From Gemmatimonadales bacterium (GTDB lineage: Bacteria > Gemmatimonadota > Gemmatimonadetes > Gemmatimonadales > GWC2-71-9), in NCBI GenBank assembly GCA_041615815.1, contig JBFJCP010000039.1:1-33563 (forward strand): DNA of 33,563 nucleotides. The letters are read 5' to 3'. Position 1 is the first letter of the stretch. The number at the start of each line of letters is the position of its first letter. Below the pieces are notes generated by a model that was given only the letters and a program-made list of their open reading frames with translations, made no database searches and was not told the origin of the DNA. The translations under genes were made by a program, and so were the position numbers. Shown in pieces: positions 18,886-27,236 of the stretch.

Positions 18886-19084
18886 GGAGGGGTGTTTGAC
18901 GCCCGGGGTGGGAGTTCCGATATCTGCGTGGCGGGAGAGGGCGGGGGCTGGGGGGAGAGGGTGGAAGGAGCAGCGGTGGAGTCTAGGGGCGTGAAGGCAG
19001 GGAGTCCGTCGCAGGCGACCCCCAGGGGCAGGGGGCGTGGTGGTTTGGGTCGAGCCAAGATGGAGCTTCCCGCCGAAACGCGCC
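18886..19084. repeat. Copy A of ~200-bp tandem direct repeat
   Basis: Aligns end to end with 19143-19342, roughly 15 differences by eye. Confidence 0.95.
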
Positions 19085-19142
19085 TTGCCGAAGTGACTTG
19101 GTGAGTATCACGGCCAGCGCTATGAAGCAGGGTTATGGAGTG

Positions 19143-19342
19143 GGAGGGGTGTTTGACTCTCGGGGTGGGAGTTCCGATATCTGCGTGGCGGGAGAGGGCA
19201 GGAGCTGGGGGGGAGGTGGTGGAAGGAGCAGCAGTGGAGTCTAGGACGTGAAGGCGGGGAGTCCGTCGCAGGCGACTCCCAGGGGCAGGGGGAGTGGTGG
19301 TTTGGAGTCGAGCCAAGACGGAGCTTCCCGCCGAAACGCGCC
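19143..19342. repeat. Copy B of ~200-bp tandem direct repeat
   Basis: ggaggggtgtttgac...gagcttcccgccgaaacgcgcc, shared with copy A. Confidence 0.95.
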
Positions 19343-19371
19343 GCGTACGAGTTCTAAACCGGAGACAGACT

Positions 19372-20694
19372 TTGACCGCTCCACGCGAGCTGTTCGCCAC
19401 CCGTCTGGGGTTCGTCCTCGCCGCCGCCGGCAGCGCCATCGGACTCGGCAACATCTGGCGCTTCCCCTACCAGGTGGCCGAGGGCGGCGGCGCCGCGTTC
19501 GTCGTGCTCTACCTCTTCATGACGATGCTGATCGGCATCCCCGCGATGGTGGCCGAGTTCATCGTGGGACGCCGGACGCGGCTTTCGCCCATCGGCGCAC
19601 TCCGTGCGGTGGGCGGCCGCGCCTGGGCGCCGTTGGGATTTCTGTTCGTCGTGACACCCTTGATCATCCTCTCGTACTTTTGCGTGGTGTCGGGTTGGGC
19701 GCTGAGCTATGCGGTGGATGCGCTGCGCGGCTACTCGGCTGACCCAGCCCAGCGTTTTGGCGAGGTCTCCACCGGTTTCGCCGCGGTGCGGAATCATCTG
19801 GTCCTCATGGCCGCGACGATCGTGGTGGTCATGGCCGGCGTGCGCAAGGGAATCGAACGCGCCTCGCTCGTGCTCATGCCCACACTGGTGCTCCTGCTCC
19901 TGGGGCTCGCCATCTGGGCTCTGACGCTCTCCGGATCGGGGCAGGGCTATTCATTTTATTTAAGGCCCTCGATCGAGGATCTGCTGAACCCCACGGTGCT
20001 CAAGGGCGCCGCCAGCCAGGCGTTCCTGTCCCTCAGCGTGGGGATGGGGATCATGATCACCTACGCGTCCTATCTCTCGAAAAGCGAGAACATCGGCCGG
20101 GAGGCGATCGTGGTGTCCTTTGCGGATTTCTCCGTGGCGTTCATCGGTGGCCTCGTGGTCTTCCCGGTGATCTTCGCACTGGGCCTCTCCGAAGAAGTCC
20201 GCGGCGCCACGATGGGCGCGCTGTTCATCTCGCTCCCCGGAGCCTTTGCGGAGCTTGGAACCGTGGGCCGCGGCGTGGGCCTCGTCTTTTTCTTGGCGCT
20301 CGTGGTGGGTGGGCTCACGTCGTTCTTCTCACTGCTCGAAGTGGGCGTGGCATCGATCATGGACGAGTTCGGGATGACCAGAAAGACGGCGACCCTCGCC
20401 GCGGGCTCCCTCGCCGCCGGAATCGGCGTGATTCCCGCCCTGTCACAGAATGCACTCGGTATGATGGACAAGGTGGCCGGCGAACTCTTCGTGGTAGCGG
20501 GCGTTCTCGGGATGGCGGTGCTCGTGGGATGGATCGTGACGAATCCGGTGGAAGAGATGGAGGAGGGGGCCTCGGCGTTCTTCAAACGAATCGCGCCCGG
20601 CGCGATATTCACGATTCGGTACCTGGTGCCGCCGGTGGTGGGAGTGATTCTGTGGTTCAGTCTGAGGGATGTTTGGGGGTTGATCCTCAGGTAG
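19372..20694 (+). CDS. Sodium-dependent amino acid transporter, NSS/SNF (LeuT-like) family
   Basis: GFVLAAAGSAIGLGNIWRFPY, GGAAF, QAFLSLSVGMG, YASY; GGAG plus TTG start. Confidence 0.95.
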   Translation: MTAPRELFATRLGFVLAAAGSAIGLGNIWRFPYQVAEGGGAAFVVLYLFMTMLIGIPAMVAEFIVGRRTRLSPIGALRAVGGRAWAPLGFLFVVTPLIILSYFCVVSGWALSYAVDALRGYSADPAQRFGEVSTGFAAVRNHLVLMAATIVVVMAGVRKGIERASLVLMPTLVLLLLGLAIWALTLSGSGQGYSFYLRPSIEDLLNPTVLKGAASQAFLSLSVGMGIMITYASYLSKSENIGREAIVVSFADFSVAFIGGLVVFPVIFALGLSEEVRGATMGALFISLPGAFAELGTVGRGVGLVFFLALVVGGLTSFFSLLEVGVASIMDEFGMTRKTATLAAGSLAAGIGVIPALSQNALGMMDKVAGELFVVAGVLGMAVLVGWIVTNPVEEMEEGASAFFKRIAPGAIFTIRYLVPPVVGVILWFSLRDVWGLILR

Positions 20695-20836
20695 CGGAGG
20701 GGGCGGCAGAGGTGGCAGCGTGAAGGGTGCGTGATGGGCGCCCTTCGAGCAACGGCGTTGGGTAGCTCTTCCGGTTCTTCCGCTGCCCGCGGTAGGTTAC
20801 CCCAACCACCGAGCTTCGTACCGGAGCGAATGCCGC

Positions 20837-22069
20837 ATGACGGTCGCGCATATCGACGATCTGTTCTCCCCCTCCGTGAACCAGGATCCCCACGCCTACT
20901 TCGCGCGGCTCCGTGAGACGGATCCCGTCCACTGGAACGAGCGGTTCAAGCTCTGGGTGGTGACGCGGTACGAGGACGTCGTCTGGTTGCTACGGCATCA
21001 CGAGTACTTTTCGTCCGCGGTCATCAAGACCACCGAGGCACCGCCCTATCCGCCGGTCAATCCGGAAGACGTGCCGTTGTACGACGAGATTCGCCGATTC
21101 CGGGCGGATCAACTGGTGGAGAAGGACCGGCCCGAGCACCTCGACATGCGCAAGGTCGTCCACAAGTACTTCACGCCCACCGCCATGGAGGGCTGGCGGG
21201 AGTTCGTGCGGGATGCCGTGACCGAGTTGCTGGACGAGATTCAGCCCACGGGTCGCATGAACGTCATGACGGACTTCGCGGCGCCGCTCCCCGTGCGCAT
21301 CATCGCGCAGATGATGGGGGTGCCATACGAGGATCGCGATCACCTGCGCGAGCTGGCGGACAAGATCCTCTGGGCCAACCGCGGCGAGCCGTACCGGCTG
21401 CGCGTTCTCCATGAGGGCATGCAGGGCCTCATCGAGTACTCGGCGCCGCTGGTCGAACAGCGAATGAAGCAACCCGAGAACGATTTCATCTCGGCGCTGG
21501 CGGAGGGAGAGAAAGCGGGTGTGCTCACGCGGTATCAGGTACTGGTGAACACCGCGCTACTGCTGTTCGCCGGGCACGAGACCACGATGAACCTCATCTG
21601 CAACGGGCTGCTCGCGTTCATGAGGAATCCCGATCAGTGGGATCGTCTCAGGGCCGATCCCGACGGCTTGGCCCGGCTCGCCGTGGAGGAGTGCATGCGC
21701 TACGACCCACCCGTGAAATCGACGCAGCGGGTGGCCGCCCAGGACGTGGAGCTCGGGGGAAAGCAAATCGATGCAGGCGACCGCATCCGCTGGATCATCG
21801 CGGCGGCCAACCGCGATCCGAGCGTGTTCGAGGATCCCGATACGTTCGACATAGGCCGCCAGCCCAACCCCCACGTCGCCTTCGGATCGGGTATTCATTA
21901 TTGTCTGGGCGCCACGTTGGCACGGGTGGAGGGGCAGGAGGTCTTCCGGGGGCTCGCCCAGCGGTTTCCGCGGATCGTGCTGGAGACCGAAGATCTCGAA
22001 TACCAACCGAGCCTCCAGTTCCGGTCGCTCAAATCCCTCCCCGTGCGCTGGGAAAAGGAGAAACCATGA
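20837..22069 (+). CDS. Cytochrome P450
   Basis: I-helix AGHETT, EECMR (ExxR), AANRDP, heme motif FGSGIHYCLG. Confidence 0.96.
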   Translation: MTVAHIDDLFSPSVNQDPHAYFARLRETDPVHWNERFKLWVVTRYEDVVWLLRHHEYFSSAVIKTTEAPPYPPVNPEDVPLYDEIRRFRADQLVEKDRPEHLDMRKVVHKYFTPTAMEGWREFVRDAVTELLDEIQPTGRMNVMTDFAAPLPVRIIAQMMGVPYEDRDHLRELADKILWANRGEPYRLRVLHEGMQGLIEYSAPLVEQRMKQPENDFISALAEGEKAGVLTRYQVLVNTALLLFAGHETTMNLICNGLLAFMRNPDQWDRLRADPDGLARLAVEECMRYDPPVKSTQRVAAQDVELGGKQIDAGDRIRWIIAAANRDPSVFEDPDTFDIGRQPNPHVAFGSGIHYCLGATLARVEGQEVFRGLAQRFPRIVLETEDLEYQPSLQFRSLKSLPVRWEKEKP

Positions 22070-22296
22070 CCCGCTCGCTCCGTGTCTGGGTCGATCATTC
22101 CCGCTGCGTGGGGAACGCCATGTGTCTCGCCACGGCGCCCAACGTGTTTGCGCACAACGCCAATCGGCAGTCCGAGGTGGTGAACGAATCGGGCGACACA
22201 CCCGACACCATCCTCGAGGCGGCGTCCATCTGCCCTACCAGCGCCATCCACGTGGAAGACGCCGAAACGGGCGAGCGTCTGTTCCCAGCCTCCTGA
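22066..22296 (+). CDS. Ferredoxin, probable [3Fe-4S] P450 partner
   Basis: MTRSLRVWVDHSRCVGNAMC...CPTSAI (CxxNxxC...CP); AGGAG SD; ATGA overlap with the P450. Confidence 0.92.
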   Translation: MTRSLRVWVDHSRCVGNAMCLATAPNVFAHNANRQSEVVNESGDTPDTILEAASICPTSAIHVEDAETGERLFPAS

Positions 22297-23132
22297 TGTC
22301 GCGCACCATCGGCAAGCCCAAACGATCCGCTGAAGGCAAGCCCGTCACGATCCTCGACCTCATAGGCATGAAGGAGCGTGGCGAGAAGATCGTGATGACC
22401 ACGGCATACGATGCGCTCTTCGCGTCGCTCGTGGACAAGGCGGGTGTCGACGCGATCCTCGTGGGCGATTCCGTGGTGACGGTCCTCGGCGGGCACGAGA
22501 CCACGCTCCCCGCGACGATCGGGCAGATGATCTACCACGGGCGCATGGTGCGCCGCGGTGTGGCACACGCACTCGTGATCATCGATCTGCCATTCTTGAG
22601 TTATCAGGTCTCGATCGAGGACGCGCTGCGCAATGCCGGCAAGGTGCTCAAGCGCACGGGAGCGGCCGGCGTGAAGCTCGAGGGAGGAAGGACCATCGCG
22701 CCCACCGTCAAAGCGCTGGTGGAGGCGGGCGTCCCGGTCATGGGACACCTCGGCTTCACCCCGCAGTCCGTGCACGCACTCGGCGGGCACCGCGTCCAGG
22801 CCAAGGACGATGTGGCGGCAAAACGCCTGGTCGAGGATGCCACAGCGCTCGAGGATGCCGGCGTCTTCTCCATGGTGCTCGAGCTGATGCCACAGGCGGT
22901 GGCCCAACAGGTCACGGAGGCCGTACACGTTCCCACCATCGGTATCGGAGCGGGCCCCCACTGTGACGGTCAGGTATTGGTGCTCTACGATCTTCTGGGT
23001 CTCAACGAAGACTTCCATCCGAAGTTCCTCAAGCGCTTTGCGGAGATGGGGAAGGACGTGCGAAAAGCCGTTGGCAAGTACGCGGAGGAAGTGAGGGCAG
23101 GGAAGTATCCGGATGGGGACCACTCGCATTGA
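22296..23132 (+). CDS. panB: 3-methyl-2-oxobutanoate hydroxymethyltransferase
   Basis: TAYD, LVGDS, DLPF, VKLEGG, GHLGFTPQ, IGIGAG, GQVLV; TGATG overlap with the ferredoxin. Confidence 0.96.
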   Translation: MSRTIGKPKRSAEGKPVTILDLIGMKERGEKIVMTTAYDALFASLVDKAGVDAILVGDSVVTVLGGHETTLPATIGQMIYHGRMVRRGVAHALVIIDLPFLSYQVSIEDALRNAGKVLKRTGAAGVKLEGGRTIAPTVKALVEAGVPVMGHLGFTPQSVHALGGHRVQAKDDVAAKRLVEDATALEDAGVFSMVLELMPQAVAQQVTEAVHVPTIGIGAGPHCDGQVLVLYDLLGLNEDFHPKFLKRFAEMGKDVRKAVGKYAEEVRAGKYPDGDHSH

Positions 23133-23332
23133 GCGCAGAAGAGCACCCAGAGATCAGCAAGGATCTTGCGCTTCGGCGTGGTCACGTGTGTCCACAGAGT
23201 CCTGACCAAACAGGCAGAAGAGGGTGAGGCCGGAGGCGGGAGCCCCGACGTCCCGCCGCCGTTAGTGACCGTTTTCACAGAGCATATCTCTCCATCTCCC
23301 CAGATTGCCGGAAACGCGTCAATGGGGGACCA

Positions 23333-23968
23333 GTGCGCACAGCTTCTCGAATCTTGCTTGTCGTGGCCGCGGCCCTTGCGGTCTCCGGCTGCGGTGGGAC
23401 CACCTGGGTTCGCGTGCCGCCGGCGATCGACCTCGCGCGGCACGAGATCATGGGCGTCATCGACTTCAGCAGCAGCTCCAAGGGCAACCTCGCCGACTAT
23501 TCGACACAGGTCTTCATCGAGGAAATGCGGGCCGATCAGGGAATGATCCGGATCGTGGAACTGGGCACACTCGACGAGCTCCGTGCCACGGAAGGGCTCA
23601 CGCACTTGGACCGCGCCGCCTATCAGGCCATTGGCGAGCGACACGGGCTCACCACCATCGTCGTGGGGAAGCTCGACGTGTCGAACGTGAAGCCGGCCGT
23701 CAGCCTGAGCGGGGGCTTCAGCGGGATCTCCGCCGCGGCGGATGTCGACGCCAGGCTCAGTGTCCAGATGATCGACGCCAAGTCCGGTGCCTCGATCTGG
23801 AGCCGGTCCGCAGATGCCACGCGCCGCGTGGGTCACGTGAGCGTGCTCAGTGGCGGTGTCGACTTCGATGCGGACGATCCAGATCGCGCGTACGGCGACC
23901 TGGTGCGCTACCTCGCCAAGGCCACCACGGCGGATTTCAAGGCGACGTGGGAGAAGCGAAAGAAATAG
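23333..23968 (+). CDS. Lipoprotein, possibly CsgG/TolB-N-like alpha/beta fold
   Basis: Lipobox VSG-C; GVIDF...IVVGKL...VQMIDAKSGASIWS pattern; GGGGA SD plus GTG. Confidence 0.8.
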   Translation: MRTASRILLVVAAALAVSGCGGTTWVRVPPAIDLARHEIMGVIDFSSSSKGNLADYSTQVFIEEMRADQGMIRIVELGTLDELRATEGLTHLDRAAYQAIGERHGLTTIVVGKLDVSNVKPAVSLSGGFSGISAAADVDARLSVQMIDAKSGASIWSRSADATRRVGHVSVLSGGVDFDADDPDRAYGDLVRYLAKATTADFKATWEKRKK

Positions 23969-24006
23969 AAAGGGACGGAAGAAGCGGATAGCATTCTCGA
24001 TCAACC

Positions 24007-24026
24007 GATCCGCCGATCGGCCTTCC
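24007..24026 (+). repeat. 20-bp direct repeat, copy 1 (gatccgccgatcggccttcc)
   Basis: 19/20 identical to 24385-24404. Confidence 0.75.
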
Positions 24027-24109
24027 CACTTTCCGGCTTTTCTCGCACTTGCCGGCTCGGGGATCTCCTATAGAGTATCTGCGTCCCATTCACTCTTGGA
24101 AGGTCCCAC

Positions 24110-24442
24110 ATGCGCAGCGCCGTCGCCGCCCGTCTCCGGTTGGTTCCCGTCGTGTGTCTCCTCATACTCGTCGCCTGCGAGCGCCGTGCCGAGCCGGGCG
24201 ACTGGCGGGTCTACGGCGCCGACAAGGCGAACACCAAATACTCACCACTCGATCAGATCACGGCGGACAACGTCTCACAGCTCGAAGTCGCGTGGCGGTG
24301 GGCCAGCATCGACCAACCGATCCTCGACGCGGACACGTCCCTCTGGACCGGGCAGAACGAGGCCACGCCGCTCGCGGTGGATGGGATCCGCCGATCCGCC
24401 TTCCATCATTCTTTCTTTTTCCCTATTCTATCCTTCTCATGA
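24110..24442 (+). pseudogene. Truncated N-terminus of a PQQ-dependent (glucose/alcohol) dehydrogenase lipoprotein
   Basis: LVAC lipobox-like; WRVYGADKANTKYSPLDQITADNVSQLEVAWRW...EATPLAVDG is the canonical quinoprotein N-terminus; similarity stops near 24388. Confidence 0.85.
24385..24404 (+). repeat. 20-bp direct repeat, copy 2 (gatccgccgatccgccttcc)
   Basis: Begins at the PQQ gene breakpoint. Confidence 0.75.
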
Positions 24443-27105
24443 CGGACGTCCTCGCCGGCATCACCCAGGAGCTCGCGGACCGGTATCGCATCGAGCGGCA
24501 CCTCGGCGAGGGTGGCATGGCCACCGTCTATCTCGCCCACGATCTCAAGCACGACCGGGACGTCGCCATCAAGGTGCTGCGACCCGAGTTGACCGCCATT
24601 CTGGGTGGGGAGCGGTTTCTCAACGAGATCAAGGTCACCGCAAACCTCCAGCACCCCAACATCCTGCCGTTGTACGACTCGGGTGAGGCGGGGTCGTTCC
24701 TTTATTACGTGATGGCGTACGTGGAGGGCGAGACACTCCGCGAGAAGCTCTCGCGCGAAAAGCAGCTCGCGCTGGACGAGGCTGTGAAGATCGGACAGGC
24801 GATAGCCGGCGCGCTCGAGTACGCGCACCAGCATGGGGTGATCCACCGCGACATCAAGCCCGAAAACATCTTACTGCAGTCAGGTCAAGCTCTCGTGGCG
24901 GATTTCGGGATCGCCTTGGCCGTGAGCGCCGCCGGTGGAACGCGGCTCACCGAGACCGGGCTCAGTCTCGGCACGCCACAGTACATGAGCCCCGAACAGG
25001 CGACCGGCGATCGACAGATCGACGCGCGGAGCGACGTGTATTCGCTCGGTGCGGTCGTATACGAGATGTTGACCGGTGACCCGCCGCACACGGGATCGAC
25101 CGTGCAGGCGATTGTGGCCAAGGTACTGACCGAATCGCCGCTTCCCGTGACGAGAACGCGGGAGACGGTTCCCCCCAACGTGGATGCGGCCATCAGACGG
25201 GCGCTCGCCAAGACGCCCGCCGACCGGTTCACGAGTGCCGCCCACTTCGCGGAGGCGCTCGCCAACCCGGCTTTTTCGCTGCCGACGCCGACGGACGCTC
25301 GGGGCGCCCCGGCATCCGCCCCCGGGCCGTGGAATCGCCTCAGCGTGATCATGACCGGCGTTGCCGCTCTGCTGCTGCTCACCACGTTGTTGGGCTGGCT
25401 CCGGTCGCAACCGGCGGAGCCGGTGTCCCGCTACAGCGTGCAACTGCCCGAGGAACAGGCGCTGCAGACCCGTCGTGGCAGCCGCCTGGCGATCTCACCC
25501 GATGGGTCGCGACTGGCGTACGTGGGGCCCGGCGAGGGCGGGGGGCAGCTGTGGATTCGGCCACGCGATCAGCTCAGGGCGACACCGTTGCCGGGAACGG
25601 CTGGAGCCGCCCACCCCTTCTTCTCTCCCGACGGTTCGAGAGTGGGGTACTTGTCACTGCCGGGTGCTCAACGGGTCATGGTGGCGTCCTTGGGGGGTGG
25701 CCCTCCGGTGAGTCTCGTGGATTCCGGTGTGGGCGCGGACGGAGCAACCTGGGGTCCCGACGGATATCTGTACTACGATGGGATCACCGCCGGAGGGACC
25801 ACCGGGATCATGCGAGTGCCCGAGCGTGGCGGACTGCCGCAGCCGGTGACCATCGTGGATACCTCGCGCGGAGAAACAGATCACATATGGCCCGAGGCGT
25901 TGCCGGGTGGGAAGAGCCTGCTGTTCACGATCATGCACGGCACGCGTGTGGACGAGGCGGACATCGCGGTCTTGGATCTCGCGAGCGGGACGACGCGCGT
26001 GCTCGTGCGTGGCATCGCTGCCGAGTATTCCACGTCTGGGCACCTGCTCTACGTGACTGCGGACGGCACACTCATGGCCGCCCCGTTCGATCGGAAGCGG
26101 CTCGAACTCGGTGGCGAGGGGTGGGCGGTGGCGAATGGTCTCGCGGTGCGGGCGTTCGGATCCGTGGACTTGGCCCTCTCGGCGACGGGGACGCTCCTGT
26201 ACCTGACGGGGACACGTCTCACCGAGCCCACCGAACTGGTGTGGATGGACCGCAGCGGCCAGGCGGAGCCGGTCGATCCCGGTTGGGTGGGCGATTTCCG
26301 GTCGCTGGCCTTGTCGCCCGATGGACGTCAGATCGCCGTGAGCATCGAGCAGGAGCAGGCGTTCGACGAGCACGTCTGGGTGAAGCGGCTGCCGCGTGGT
26401 TCCCTCACGAAGCTCACGTTCGAAGGGTCCGAAAACTTCCAGCCCGCGTGGACGCCGGACGGGCGGTCTGTCACCTTCGCGTCGAATCGCAATCGCAACC
26501 GCGACCTCTACGTGAAACGAGCGGATGGGAGCGCCGTGGCGGAACTGCTGGTCGATCGCGATGTCGACGTGCGAGAGGGACGCTGGTCGAACGACGGTGA
26601 GTGGCTCGTGTTCTGGGCCGGCACGACACAGTCCGGCAGCATCTTGGCGCGGGGCAAGGGGCCGGACGCCGAGCCGATGCCCCTAGTCACAGATGGGTTT
26701 TCGCCACGTCTGTCGCCGGACGGCCGTTGGCTCGCCTACGTGTCCGACGAGACTCAGAGCTTCGAAGTGTACGTACGGCCGTTTCCGAACGCCGGCACCG
26801 CCAAGTGGCAGGTCTCCACCAACGGAGGGCTCTTCCCCGTCTGGGCTAGCAGCGGGCGGGAGTTGTTCTTTCGGAGTCTGGCCAACGAGTTGGTGGCCGT
26901 GGAAATTCTGCCCGGCGCAACGTTCGCCATGGGTGAGCGCCGGGTGTTGTTTTCCCTCACGGGATACGCCAACGGTTTCGGTGCATATGACGTGACACCG
27001 GATGGCCAGCGGTTCCTGTTGATCCGGTACCGCGACGGTGGCCAAGGGGACGAGTTGATCGTGGTGGAGAATATGTTCGAAGAATTGAGGAGACAGGGGC
27101 AGTAG
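24439..27105 (+). CDS. Membrane Ser/Thr protein kinase with extracytoplasmic PD40/TolB-like beta-propellers
   Basis: GEGGMATV, VAIK, HRDIKPEN, DFG, YMSPE; one TM; repeated (I/F/L)SPDG and WTPDG motifs. Confidence 0.96.
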   Translation: MTDVLAGITQELADRYRIERHLGEGGMATVYLAHDLKHDRDVAIKVLRPELTAILGGERFLNEIKVTANLQHPNILPLYDSGEAGSFLYYVMAYVEGETLREKLSREKQLALDEAVKIGQAIAGALEYAHQHGVIHRDIKPENILLQSGQALVADFGIALAVSAAGGTRLTETGLSLGTPQYMSPEQATGDRQIDARSDVYSLGAVVYEMLTGDPPHTGSTVQAIVAKVLTESPLPVTRTRETVPPNVDAAIRRALAKTPADRFTSAAHFAEALANPAFSLPTPTDARGAPASAPGPWNRLSVIMTGVAALLLLTTLLGWLRSQPAEPVSRYSVQLPEEQALQTRRGSRLAISPDGSRLAYVGPGEGGGQLWIRPRDQLRATPLPGTAGAAHPFFSPDGSRVGYLSLPGAQRVMVASLGGGPPVSLVDSGVGADGATWGPDGYLYYDGITAGGTTGIMRVPERGGLPQPVTIVDTSRGETDHIWPEALPGGKSLLFTIMHGTRVDEADIAVLDLASGTTRVLVRGIAAEYSTSGHLLYVTADGTLMAAPFDRKRLELGGEGWAVANGLAVRAFGSVDLALSATGTLLYLTGTRLTEPTELVWMDRSGQAEPVDPGWVGDFRSLALSPDGRQIAVSIEQEQAFDEHVWVKRLPRGSLTKLTFEGSENFQPAWTPDGRSVTFASNRNRNRDLYVKRADGSAVAELLVDRDVDVREGRWSNDGEWLVFWAGTTQSGSILARGKGPDAEPMPLVTDGFSPRLSPDGRWLAYVSDETQSFEVYVRPFPNAGTAKWQVSTNGGLFPVWASSGRELFFRSLANELVAVEILPGATFAMGERRVLFSLTGYANGFGAYDVTPDGQRFLLIRYRDGGQGDELIVVENMFEELRRQGQ

Positions 27106-27236
27106 AGGCGGCAGGGGCGGTAACAGCGGCATGAGCCGAGCCGCGACCTCATCCGCGAGTCATTCTCTGGAACGGCCACCCACCGCCCGCGGTCCCACCT
27201 TCCCTCCTTCCCCATCTTCCCCTATTCTAGATCTTC

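Noticed and set aside
18926..19342. Calling the tandem repeat a glycine riboswitch
   Set aside because: Only scattered words match; P2/P3 pairing and CUCUCAGG are absent. Kept as an unassigned candidate.
18825..19454. 210-aa Pro-rich N-terminal extension of the dehydrogenase ORF (568 aa)
   Set aside because: It is read-through across the C-rich strand of the repeats; a strong SD and family N-terminus place the start at 18824.
23235..23257. ggcggga/tcccgcc hairpin downstream of panB as a terminator
   Set aside because: 7-bp stem, 9-nt loop, no adjacent U-tract and 100 nt from the stop; too weak in high-GC DNA.
24049..24438. 130-aa N-terminal extension of kinase 3
   Set aside because: Alternative frame over the PQQ fragment; the kinase N-terminus matches its paralogs from ATG 24439.
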